Shown: in pieces, positions 12,501 to 24,769 of the stretch
Layout: each line of letters starts with the position of its first letter
Position numbering within the stretch: position 1 is the stretch's first letter
Assembly (NCBI GenBank): GCA_036172245.1
Contig: JAYWIR010000014.1
Location: 992,001-1,056,000, forward strand
Length of the DNA: 64,000 nucleotides
Reading direction: 5' to 3'
From: Raillietiella orientalis
Taxonomy: Eukaryota
Program-made: the position numbers and the translations under genes
Notes under the pieces: generated by a model
The model's database searches: none
Told to the model about the DNA's origin: nothing
The model's input: only the letters and a program-made list of their open reading frames with translations

Positions 12501-12699
12501 TACCTTGCGAGCTGCGCAGCGTCTCTTCGCAGAGACCGGCGGCAGCGTTCTTAGAGGCGGTCTGAGGGTCCCTCCAGTGTCTCAGGGATCTCTATTCCCC
12601 TTGGCCAGCCTGCTACCGTCCCGGGCCCTCCACGTTGTTCCAGCCTCATTTCTCCCTCTTGTCCAGGCACCCGACGGAGCAAGGCGGCAGGTGCCATCA

Positions 12700-13639
12700 C
12701 CACGCTTCTCATCATCTCCCCACGCGACCAGGTGGCAGATGTGCAGGCGTCCAGAGAAACCGCGGGAAGGAAGGAACTTTTGGGTTGTTGGATGGCGCTC
12801 CAACTAGCTGACGCTCCCATCCACGCTGCCCACTTCAAAGGGCTCCTTCTGGGGCGGACCTCCTACGAATCCCCCCTTACTAAACCAGAAGTTACCAGCT
12901 TGCTCCTTCCCTTGAAGCGGAGGGTCTCCTTCCTTCGGCGTTGCGAATGTTGCTCTGGGTTATCCCGCGCAGCGCACCCATGGTTCAGGCAAGTGTGGCC
13001 CCAGGCTACGCCAGGCGCGGTGGAAGGGCGAACCCTTCCCGCTCCCGCTCCTCGAGTGCGTTGCCCTTAAGAGTGGCTGCGTCCTCGGAACCCACCGAGA
13101 GACGGCGCGAGAAGCGCGCTGAGAGGCCTCTTCGCTCGCGGCGGAACGTCGCCCGGGGCGCTCGATGGCAGCTCCGCGATGCTCATGCAGGATCGCAGCG
13201 GCGAATTGCCGCGATGGAGGCAGGACCACAACCTTCCCATTGGTGATCTCCTTTTCGAGGATGACCGCGAGATAGCCACGTCTCTCTCGGTAGAAGGAAC
13301 TTCCGTCCGTCCTGCCTTCCTGCCGACATTCTGCAAAGGATGCAGAGCACTTCAAGGAGGTATCTGTGGTCCCTTCCTTTGCCCCTCCCCCGTCTTTTTG
13401 GAACTTTTATTTTGTTAATGACTTTGTACAGATGTACTCTTTGTTGTTTTTGTTGATTCCCAACCCCTTCTCTTTCCCCGTGGGACCCTCTTGTGGCAAG
13501 CTCCTCGTGAGCAACACAGCCTCCAGATTTGTGTGGATGTAGAGGAATGCCAGTCTCCCTGTGGAAACTTCGCTTGATTATTTCACTGTAACTAAGGAAA
13601 CCGTTTTGCAAGAAGCGCCCCGGCATGACCGAGTGAAAA
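12700..13639 (+). mobile_element. 3' end of a Tx1-like element (copy A), with terminal stem-loop
   Basis: ORF end DILQRM and gtggtcccttcc are homologous to the 36.1, 36.5 and 46.4 kb copies. T-rich UTR, then CGCCCCGGCATGACCGAGTG-AAAA at 13616-13639. Confidence 0.7.
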
Positions 13640-14399
13640 TCCCCATCCTCGACAGCTACACCCCGGTTTCTTGGAGGCGGGCGAATTAGTTCTTTAGAGT
13701 CCCTGTTTGTTTAAAATGGGCTGCTGACGGCGTTCCACTGACATCGGCTCTCCTCTTCATCAGGACTTCCCGGCTTGGTCGCATGGAAGCTTCCAGGAGT
13801 GTCCCTGATCCTGCTAGCTTTTAAATGCAAACCAGACGCCCACCCGTCGACAGGGAGTTCTTCCTCGATGAAGCTGCTCCGTTGCCTCACTGCCACATTC
13901 CCGCCCCACTGGCGTTGCTTGAGGGTATGGGGATGATGCCCCCTCTTCTTTCGACAAGAAAGACCCCTCTAAGCTGAGGAGCCCACGAACTGGCTCTCCG
14001 CACAAATGGCGCGGCACGATCCTAAGCAGCATCCTGTAGTCCGGGCTACGAAAACGGGCAACCTTCTCGGAGTCACCTTAAGGGTCATCTTGAACTGAGT
14101 GGGTCAGCGAGGGCTACGGCCTTGTTGCATCACTGGCGGAGGGAGAGAACGCAGAAGTGGAGGGAAGACTGCCCAGCTTGGGGGTCATCTTCCCAGAGTG
14201 GGAGGCTGCGGGATGCTGCGCTCTCCCATCCACGTGATCTCTCCCTGCGCGACGCCAGAACGCGCGCGCGCCAAGGGGAGGATGGCCTACGCGAACGAGG
14301 AGCCGAGAAGGATGAAGCGCGTCTCTCGGCTTGGCGATCGCGGAGCGGGACAGCTAGGAGAAGACTAGAGTCAGCATCCAATGAAAGCACCCTAATCTC

Positions 14400-17300
14400 G
14401 AAGGAGGGATGGCGGTTTTTTTTCATCTGTTCGTTCCGATTCGGGGAAACCAGCAACTTTCAAAAATCTCAGGAGTTGTCGGGAGATACAGTTGAGCAGC
14501 CGCTGCCGCAGGACACTCTTATCGTGCAACGTCTGGATGCTTCCCGCGCCTACAAGTGTCATCAGCACAGCTAGTTCTTCCACGTCTGAATTCCTCCCCT
14601 GGCACTTTCGACCCCCTTCTAGATTGCCCCCTTTCTTCCTTGAGAGACAACGAGCCTCCCTTCTGGACCTTCGGATCCCGGAGTTCCAGGCCGATCCCAC
14701 AGCGGAAGAGCCGATGGCGCTTGGCAGCAGCAGAGTCAAACACTGAGGCGAGGAGTCTAAGCAAAGGTCGAGACCTGACTTGACCTTCCAACAGAGCTGG
14801 TACTCACGAGCGTTCTGGACAGCAGAGTTCAGCAGCAGCACTTCCTCTTTCCCACGTGGGAGAACGTCACAGGGATTCTGCGCGCGTCTTCCAGGCGACA
14901 GGACAACCGCAACCTGGTATGCTTCTTCCTATTTCCGCTTGCAGATAGAGGTGAAGAGTTCGACAGAGCCTCTTCCCTCCTTCCCTGTGGGATCTCGAAC
15001 TCAGAGGGGAAGTGGAGAGGGGCAGAAGCTGGAGATGCTCCCTCAGCATCAGAGATTCTAGGGGCGAAGACAGAGCTGCAATCCCAGCTATTAGAGGAGA
15101 GAGGCGGCTGTCCCTGCTCAGATAAGGCGCGATTCGAGGCGTTGCGGAAGGGAAGGCACATCCCTCCTTTCCCTCCTTCCCCCTTCGGGCGCCTTCATCA
15201 CCAGGTGGACCCGACCATCCCTGTGGGCCCTGAAAGAAGGACCGATCTGTGGCGCGGTCCCTACCTCCTCCTCCCAGAGCCGATTCCGGACCTTCCAGCT
15301 ACCCAAAGGAGGCGAAGGAAGTCGGTTTCCTGGAGGTGCCGGCGACCAGTTGCTTGCCGTCCTGCTACGGAGGATTCTGCAGATCGGGTCCGTTTGCAGA
15401 GTCCTCCGCAAGGAGCGATCCATCTCGAACCTTCCTCCTTCAGCTCCGTGCCTCTCGAGGAACGACGGAGGTCTCTGTGAACTCAGAGACTGCGTTCCTC
15501 TTGCTCTCGGAGGCCGGCAATCCTGCTCTCTCTCTTCCGACACAGGCCGCAGTGGTCCACCGTTGGACCTTTGGGTTTTGAGGCCCGATGCAGAGAAAGC
15601 AGGGCTGCTCGACTCCAGCCACAGCCGGAAGTTTTATTCCCCGTTCGGGAGGCCAGAGAGAAGCTGAATTTATCATGAGAAAACAGCGGACACTTGCTGA
15701 TCCGTTTCTGCTCCCCCTTCCGCCCTCCTCCCCATCCTGCTGCTCAGGTCAACGCATGGGTGAGCGGGCTCCTCCCTTGAACCACGCGCTTTCAGACAAG
15801 GGCTATGGGAGGTCGGCGGACACGCCAAACATTCATTCTGTAGACTCGATCCTCCTCATTTCCTCCCCTTCCTCTCCCCGTGCACGGAGGCCGCCAGCTT
15901 TGTAGTCTCCCTAGAAGTCCGTCTTAGGTTCGTGACGTCGCGCAAACCCCTCTCGGGTAGCCACTGCCGAATTCCTCTGCCCAGGCTGCTCTTGCGAGAA
16001 GGCCCGCTTCTCCGGACCGCTGGTCTTCCGGAGTGAAATGGAATGGCAGGTCGTGCCCTGTCGGACCAAGCTGGGATGGGACGATGGCCGAAAGGGTGGA
16101 GCTCACGTCTGAGCGACCGGCCTCTCTCAAGGCAAGAGAGGGGACGCAGGGAGGACGCCCAAGGCGGGAGATGGAAGGGATAGCTGCTGCGTGGAGAGTC
16201 GAGGGACAGGAGGGCCATGCGCGCGCTCAACCCTTCCTCTCGCCCGAACGTGAGTCTTCGCCCGATGTCTTCGGTCCGAACGTGAGTTGGTAAGGAGCAG
16301 AACTGGGGCAGGGAAAGTCCGGAAGCATCCAGCTCTCCAGGTGACGCGATAAAGTCTCCAGGAGGGTCCAAGTCTTTCTTGAACATCAGTAGCCTTAGGA
16401 AAAAAGGAACGAGATGGGCAATGGTGGGTTGTGAGGTGCGGTAATAGCGGCGCAAGCCGAAGAGATGCTAGGCTCGCTCCTGTGGGAGGCTGCATCCAGA
16501 GAATGTTGGAGGCGAGGACTCGGGCCTGCCCGTGGAAACCCTGGGAGAGCGAAGCTCTTCCAACTGCCATTCCTGTAAGATTCGGTTGGCTCCAGAGGAC
16601 CGGGACCTTTGAGGAAATGAGGACGTTTCCTCGACAATCCGCGTCAATCCATCCAGAGAGGAGGATGTTGGGTGAGCCGCACGCGCCACCCCCTAACACC
16701 CCAGGCCAAAGGAGCTCCGATGAATGCAGAAAGTTTGACCTTCCAGCTCGACGAGGTCGAGGGACCACTGGCACTCGCTCCAAGAGATAGAAGGAGCCCA
16801 CAGAGAGTGACGGTGGGCGCTGTCGATGGGAGACCCGACCGTACCTCCACCCGCGGGGCCAACCAACACCTCGAGAAAGGAAGTGGCCAAGACTCACCCC
16901 TTCTCGAGGAACGTGGGCCCACCTTCTCAGGTACCAATGGTGCATTCTGCACTCTTAGCGGTATCGGAACCGCTCCCTCAAAGCAACATCTCTTCGTCCA
17001 GGAAACGAAGCGATCACGGAGAGTCCTATCTTCCCCCCATTCGGCCCTATTACCCTCCATCCGCTCACCCACATGATCTTCATCTAGTTTCCCCTTGTAA
17101 TTTGCTTCTCCTGTCCTCCACCACCAGCAGGTTTCGTACCTCGCAGCGAATGAACGGAGCCCGATGACCCCGAGGGCGCGCGCTACTCCAGGGGACAGGG
17201 AGGAAGAGCTCGGCTCCCTCGGGTCCTCATCAGATCCTTCGTTCGCCCGGGACAACTTAGGATGGCTTCGAAGGACGTGGACGAGTGTTCACGTCGATCA

Positions 17301-19100
17301 TTCCTTTCGTATGCTGCCCCTAACTGTGGCCACCTTCCTCGCGAAATCGACTGACGTGTCGAAAAAATCTCCAGGACGACAACTGGGGGGGAGGAAGAGC
17401 AACAGAGAAGGTGGACTGGGAGACGGAAGAGATCTTGCTTTTTCGGATAGCAGGAAGGGATGGGACGGGGTGTACGAGTGGGGAACGCCCGGTCTTGAAG
17501 GAGCAGGAGAGCGAAGGAGGGGAGGGACCGGAAGAGGAATTTCTTGCCTCCTTCGAATGGCCTAATTTGGGGGAGTCATCTTAGCTGCCGCGAGGATCGA
17601 CCCGAAGGACCTAGGAGCCTAGGGGTTCTGGAATCCTTCCAGAAATGCAAGATGAGAGTCAGGACCAGGTGCGTGACGACTTCCGGCCGTGGTCGATCTG
17701 ACTTCACGGAAGCACGGCCGGAAACATCAGCAAGACCGGAAGTCCAACTTCCGCTGCAACGCGGAGTCCGCTCTCCCGCCGGCCCGTCTCCTTAGCGACG
17801 CTGATGGGAGCGAGGCGATGGAACGATAGGCATCGAGATTGCCCGGAGGAAGACAAAGGTGGGGGAGACGCGTTTCCGGTATCTCTTCCGATAGCTCCGG
17901 CTCCGTCTGCAGTCATTCCGAACTTGCCACAGAGCTGTGGAGGATGGGTGGACGAAGGACAGGGACTGTTCCATCACACTTAGCACGGAGAAGGCACTGC
18001 AAGAGACGAGCAGACAGATCAGGCCCCTCCCTCGTTCGAGTGGCCTCGACTGAAGGTCTTCCTTTCCGAGGGAACGGCAGGGGAGGCGGTGTAGACGAAG
18101 GAAGGAAGAGGGGAGGAGGAAGAGAACGTGGGAAAGAACACCCTTAGACGAAGGAGCGCTACTCTTGCCCTCGCGATTTTCGAGTATGAAGCGCGGTCGG
18201 CGCTCTTCCTGGAGGTGGAGAGTGAATGTCAGGGCGGTTCCCAAGGGACCGCTTTCCCTCCTTCACCCGGAGCGCCCGCTCTTTGGAAACCCGAGGGACA
18301 TCATCGTGCTCACGACCTTGGGCGGTGACCCACTCCGTGGACTTTCTTCCTGATTCCCCCTCTCCTTCTCCTACGGGTCTAGTTTCCTTCTTCAGCTGCT
18401 CTGCAGGCGACCGCAGGAATGCCAGCTCAGAAGGTTCCTCTTCTTGCCGGGAGATGCCACAAGCAGTCTACAGCGCCTGCGCGGCACGTAAGCTGCGGAG
18501 CGCTCCACCTCCGAGCAGGCTGCGCCGCACTCAAAAAGGGCGAGCCCAGATAGTGTGGCCCAAAGAGGAAGGGAGGGGAGCCTGAGGCTCTGGGGCCTCC
18601 CATCTGGCCTGCCGTCCCTTCGAGGGTTCGGATGCGCCCTGTTCGGCCCAGGTCACGTGTGGCAATGAACGGGAACGGGGAAACCCCCTGTTCGCGTCCC
18701 TTTCCCGATCAAAGACGCCGCTCCTTCCCGGATGCTTTCCCGAAGGGTGTGCAGGGAAGGGGGTCTGAGTTGAAGCTGTGAGGGCGAGCGAGTGCCCTCT
18801 CTGCTCCAGCGAACGACTTCCTGCCCTCGCTCTGCCCGCGTCCGGGCTGACTCCCTCCGAGAGGCTGCCGTTGCGCCCCGCCGCCATCAATGTCACCGGG
18901 AGCTGGACAAGGATCTCCTCTCGCGTGACCTTTCATCTCCATCGGAACTCTCCTGCCTTTTCTCCCGGTTGGGAGGCGCGCTCGAAAACGAGACGTCGGT
19001 CTGCTTCCTCCAGGAGGATCGGGGCACTCCGTCTTCTCGTCCCGTCCCTGTGCTTCAGCCGCACAGGGACGACCTTGGAGCTCTTTTCCGAGCTCCAAGG
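14400..19100 (-). mobile_element. Cluster of highly degenerate non-LTR fragments (APE, thumb and Cys/His C-terminal remnants)
   Basis: Scattered motif remnants (LEDARRIPVTFSH; NILWMQ...HCP / TIAHLVPF) with many frameshifts and stops. Confidence 0.35.
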
Positions 19101-22100
19101 TCGCCCAGCGACCCTTCGTCCCATGTTTAGCCGGAGGAAAGTCGTCCCAGTCATCACCCTTCTCCTCCTCTTCCTCCCTCTTCCTTTTCCAAAGTCCACG
19201 GTACTTTTCCGGAAAAGCTCTTCCCGGCCCTCTTTCTGTGCAGTCGGTCCGAGAGCGGCGCTGCTACTGCTGCTACTGCGGACGGGTCCTCTGGGAGAAA
19301 AGGGGGGTGGGGGCGGATGGTGCATGGCCCTGCGCCAACGACGACCGCTGACAGAGAAGTGGGGAGGAGGAGGAAAAAGGAAAAAGAGAGGACGCATCTG
19401 GGAATCTCCCTGGGATGCGGATGTGCAATGCATAGGCGCCGCCAGCGGCTTCCGGATGCGTTGCGGGGCAGGCTCTCTCGCGGAGGGATGGAGGAAAGAG
19501 ATGGGGTTGCCAAACCCTCACCAGGATGTTACTGGGACGTCACCGGAACCCCTGAAAACTCCGGTCTGCTTCGAAACGAGGGTTCTCCGGGCCATCCCTC
19601 GCAATCGGAGAGGCGAACATGCCTGCCCTTCGGACTGCCTTTCCTGTTACTCCCCGATTCGGAGGGAAAGCCAAAAGGGAAGGATCCTCTGTGAGAACTT
19701 GGGCTCAATTGGGGCACTCCTGTGGAGCGTGCGGAGGCCCCTCCAGGCCGTCGGACTCTCTCCTCCGCACGTTGGACACCAACGACGAGGTCATGAGCCC
19801 CGCCTGGAGGCCCATTCCTGCGGACAACGGGCATCCTGAACCTGTCCACGAGCCTCGTTTCTCCCGGCCAAGGAGAAACTCCGTCGTCAAACGAGGAAGA
19901 TTCCCCGCTTGCATCTTCTGCCTCGCGCCGTCGCGATCACCATCGGGGCAAGCCCCCTCCAGCTCGCACAGCCTCCTCTAGTGAGATCGTCCTTTCACAC
20001 GACCACCTCCCTGTATTGGGCCTCTCGGCTGCTGCTGAGGCCAAAGAGGCAATCGCCATCCGCTGTGAAGGGCGAGAGGTTTCCTTCCTCCCCCCTTCCC
20101 TAGGAGACGGAGAAATCACGGAAGCTGGGGGGGAAGGAAAGAATCCCAAGAGTGCGTTGACTCCAGAACTCTTCTGCTCGCAAAGGGGGGAGAAGGGGAA
20201 TGCTAAGGCATCCCTTCGGGATTAGCAAAGCTTTGGTCATACGATCCTTCTCTGGTTGCCGAGAAACAAGGTCCCACCTTCTCCAGGGATAAACCTCCGT
20301 CACCCTCGCACCGCGGACGAGCGCGCCGATCCCAAGAGGTCGCATGCGTTTCTTCCTGAACGTTTTGGAGGTGGCGGCTCGTGAGGGAAGAGGGCAAGGG
20401 GGGAGGAGCGAGAAGGAAGACCTGGACTCCTGGGAAACCATTCCCGGTTCTTTCTCCTCAAGAGGAGGATCGAGCGGACGATGAAAGTCGTTGAGGGAAG
20501 GGGGATAAGCCTGCTGCCTTCCTCATTTACCGCTCTGCCACTCTCACTCTTCACAACCGTCACGGCGGTGGCTCGAGTTACTTTGCGTGACTGCGCACGG
20601 GAGATGAACTCCCGAGCGCGAGATGCCGGGGAAGGGATGGACGGGTCTTCCCGCGTCCTCATGCGATGCCAGGCGCGGGGGGAATACGCGACCCACTGGC
20701 TGTAGCTTCCGGGCGCCTGCGTACATGCGTACAGACTCTGTCGACCGGGCAACAAGACCACGTCTTCCCCCTCCCCCCCCCCTCATGACGCCAAGGTCCC
20801 CCAGCCCGGACAAAGGACTCTTACAATTCCTCTCTCCTTGTCCCCTGTCCCGAGCCCGGAAGGAAAGAAAGCTCACAAGAATCCCTCCCTTCCTGTCCCA
20901 CTAGCGCGGTAGATCCCCTCCAGGAGACCTCGCGATTCTCTCCTCTTTTCTCCTCCGCACCGCTGCCATGGCAACTCCAGAACTTTTCTCCCGGTATCGC
21001 TCGTTTCGTTTGCCTCTCGCGACTAGAACTTTCCCCGTTTTTCCCCGATTCCAGGAAGGTCACGCGTCTTGCACTCCGTCCGGCTTCCCGCGGTCTCTAG
21101 GGTGACAGCTGGAAAGAGGGAGTCGGGAATTGATTGAGGGAGACGGCTCTCGGGACTCGGCCCCCCAAGGAGCAGTGAAGCGCGCGAGGTGATGGGGCCA
21201 ATCCCCAAACCATTCCGCAGATGGCAACTTGGATCGTCTTCTTGGGAACCCTCCCGTGGAGGAGAAAGTCGCTCCCTGGAGGGGGTGCTCGCCGGTCAGA
21301 TATCCCGGGAAAGAGCATGGCAGTGGGAGGGAAGAAAAGGAAGAGATGGGGAGAGTCTTGGGGAGATCAGGAAGGGAAGATCAAAGCCCTAGGGATGCAA
21401 GAGCGAGCTCCAGGGCCTCCCGCAACGCTGGGGGTCGCCTAGGAATCCTCTTTTCTCGGATAACCTTCCTCTTTTTCGAACGTTCAGCTATGGTGGGAGG
21501 AGCTAAGTCGCGGTTGGCCACATCCCTCAGTCCGTGGAGCACAGAACCTCCTGGGCGCCACGGCAACGCTACCAGGCAGGCAGGGAGTCGGAAGCGACGG
21601 CAGTCGCGGTCCGGCAAGGGGCACGGGCTGGGCGTCCCACCCTCTCAGAGGCTTTCCCGAGGGTTTCATTTCCCCTCGAAAGCCGGGAAGGGAGTGGGGC
21701 GTCGCGTTCTACCTCTCCCGTCTCAAGCGCCCGTTCCCCTGACAACCCCCGCGGGTCCGGAAGAGATCGCGCTCATCCCCGCGCGCCCGTTCAATTAGCC
21801 GGGCGTTCGCCCCTCCGTGGACACGCGCGGGCGATTCGGAGCGTGGCGAGGAGGGAGAGGGTCTCTTCCTTTCCTGATCCCCGGGGCGCGTCCGTCCTCT
21901 CCCAGGGGAGGAGTCCGTTGCCCTTGAGAGCTGCCCCCTCATCCGTCTCCCGGGGCGCTCAGTCGGGCGACAGGAGGCCTCCACAGCCGCGGCTCCAATC
22001 AACCGAAGTCCCGGAAAGGGAAAGTCAGGAGGCAGGGACCGAGAAACAGCCTCCGGACTTCGCGGACTCGCGACAGAAGCGGAACGACCCACCAGTGAAC

Positions 22101-22839
22101 CCTCCTCCTCCTGGGGAGCGGACCCAGGCATGCGCGAGCTGAGGAATGCGCGGGTCCGCCTCCAAATCAAGGGCGGGAGTACCGAATGGGGGGAAGGATA
22201 GAAAGGGCTCCCCGAGACCCTGCTGCCTCCAGCGGTGGAGCCTCGGAGACGCCAGGAGGGCGGACCGCAGCACCGAAGGAGCCTCGGACCCCAAAGAGGG
22301 GACGGCGGCGCACCCTCCGCAAGGGACTCTTACGGTCTTTCTCCCTTCCTTCCTTCCCCCTTCCTTCAGACTCTTCCAGGGAGAGAGAGACGCTCGCCAG
22401 CGGCCACGACTATGCCATCCGGCGCTGTTGTCCGAACGGCAGCGAAGCCCAGTGGCGGTGCCGGTGCTGCCTACGCCACGGGAGAAAGGCCACTGCTTGT
22501 CCACTCGGAAGGAAGTGCAGGGGGGACGGAGGATTTCGACGGTCCTATGAGTCCCAGGAGCATCCCCTTTTGTGGCCCCTCTCCCTCTAAGATCGAGAGG
22601 TCCCCCATCGGTCGAAGACCAGTGGCAGTTTCCAGAATGGTCCGCGGCAGAGGGCGCCAAAGCAGCGCACCTCAGCAGCGCGAGATCGAGCCTGGAGTCT
22701 TCCCTCGAGACCCTTTTGGGGCCGGAATTCGGGCCCTTCTCGGGGAAGGTATCGCTCTAGGATTCTTTCGAGGAGGCGTTCGGGCGCGTCCCGTGAAGAT
22801 CCCTCCCTCCAGCTCCTAGCCGAAAAAGCCTGGTGTCTC

Positions 22840-23000
22840 AGGGGAGAGAATCTGCATCCAGCCTGTCCGTCGACCACCATCTTTTTGCAGACCTCATAAG
22901 ACTCACTTACCCACCACGGAACTCCCCCAAGCAGGCACGGCCCTGTCCTGTTTCGACTCGTCGTGGGGAAGAGAAAGAGGGAGGAGGAGGGTGGTGAAGG
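22840..23000 (-). mobile_element. APE endonuclease fragment, diverged inverted homologue of 29670-29810
   Basis: SRNRTGPCLLGGVPWWVSES versus SRNRTRPCL/GGVAWFVSES. The nucleotide sequences can be aligned by eye. Confidence 0.6.
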
Positions 23001-24472
23001 GAGCAGACATTGCCTGTAAATTTGCAACACCGCCAGCTTCGGCATCACCGGTGCTCCTGAGAGACTCCAGGTGGGGTTGGGTCATCCAAGGGAATTTGAG
23101 AGGGGCACCTTCGCGGTGGCATCGCTCTCAGCACGTCTTCTTCACCCTCTGCCTCCTAGGCTGCCCACAAGCCGCCTCGCTCCTCACAAGCCGCGCCACC
23201 TCACCTCCACCTGCTGAGTGAAGGAGGGGAGGAAGGTGGAGAAAAAAGAGGCGACCCTAAGCGGAACCACCGCCTTTCCCCGTCTCCGAATTCCTCCCGA
23301 ACCACGTGCCGGAGAGAGGGCGGACGGGTCATCTGCTCGTTGGCGCGCTATTCTCCCCTGGCTCGCGCTCTCCTACCAGAGCGGCGGCACCTGAAAGGCT
23401 CCGGTGGACCCGTGGTCTCCTCTGGAACCCGGGGGGCCGAGGATCTATCGTCGAGTGGTCTCTCCTCGGGGACATTTGTGGCTCGTTCCTGGATGCCCGG
23501 AAGGCGCTCGGCTTTTCATCCTCCGACTTGCATACAAGGGTGGCCAGTCACGGCGAGGGTGCAGCATTGTCATGGGCGACTGGGCTCGTCTCCCCTCGAA
23601 CCGAGTTCCTCCGCTCCCTTTGCGAACGGAAGCAGGGAGCTTCCCGGGAGTGCCGTAGGAAGTGTCTCCACCCTCAGCGAGGAGGAACGCCCCCTTCCGT
23701 CCTCTGCGGGTTTGGACCGCCAGGTTGCTCATGCAGGGTGGATGCGAAGGGCGACAAAGCTGAGGAGGAGGAGCATCGGAGGGAGAGCTTTCTCTTCATC
23801 CCACCTCGTCAAGGCTAGGATGGCTGCTTAGAGGTCAGTTCGAGGTCTCGGAGGAATTGGAATCCGGGATGCGGAAGGAGGTCCCTAAAGAAAGTGCGAG
23901 CATTGCTGAACGTGGTCATCCCACTTCCACTCACCCTCCTCGTCGTCGGCTCGCCTCGTTAGGACAACGCGCCTGCCATGAGTCACACCAGGAAAGCAGG
24001 AAGGACGGAGACAGAGACCGGGATGGAGTGCCCTCGGCAGGCAGTTCGCCTCAGCAGCGCGGTAGCAGCAGAAGCCTCAAGAAGAATCTCAAAGACGGAG
24101 CTGTGGATGTCGGTCGGCTCCTAGGCCGCCAGAGGCGATCATTGGAGGATCGGGAAAGGGAATGGCTCTCGGGAAAACCGGCGAAGGTGGCCCTTCTTCG
24201 GGCTGTAAAAGTTCAGTAAGAGGCAGGGACAAGAGGAGGATCCGGAGACAATCCTGGGGGATGACTTTCTCTTCCGGGGATCCTATCACCACGTCACATG
24301 ACCGAGGAACTCTCTAAAGCAATCGGGATGCTGCAAAACCTCTGTTTCCGATGCAACCAACATTCTCGTGGGAGCGTTCTTTCTTAGCATCCTTCCTGCA
24401 CTTACTCTTCCCCTCATTCCCTCCCTGTCCATGGGACTCTTGCCACCCTTATGAGAGGCTGCGATGGGAGAT

Positions 24473-24622
24473 TACAGTGATGATGATGAGTCATAATGAC
24501 ATGATAACCCATCAGGATGATGACTCTACATCTGAATTATTTAAAATGACCTCGATGGGCGGCCAGCACCATGGTCATCGCTGTCATGATACTGCCGATG
24601 ACGACGGTCATGATGATGACGG
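24473..24622 (+). repeat. Degenerate (GAT/GAC)n microsatellite
   Basis: tgatgatgatgagtcataatgacatgata...gatgacgacggtcatgatgatgacgg. Confidence 0.6.
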
Positions 24623-24769
24623 TGGGTAGGAGGAGTAGAGGAGGAAAAGAAGAAGAGCAGGAAAGGGAAGGGGGTTTTCAGGTGGGTGAGAGAGGCCTGT
24701 AGAACGAACAGGGGATTTGGGACACGAATGTATCGGAGGCTGCAGACGGACCCCGAGGAAAGGTCACAC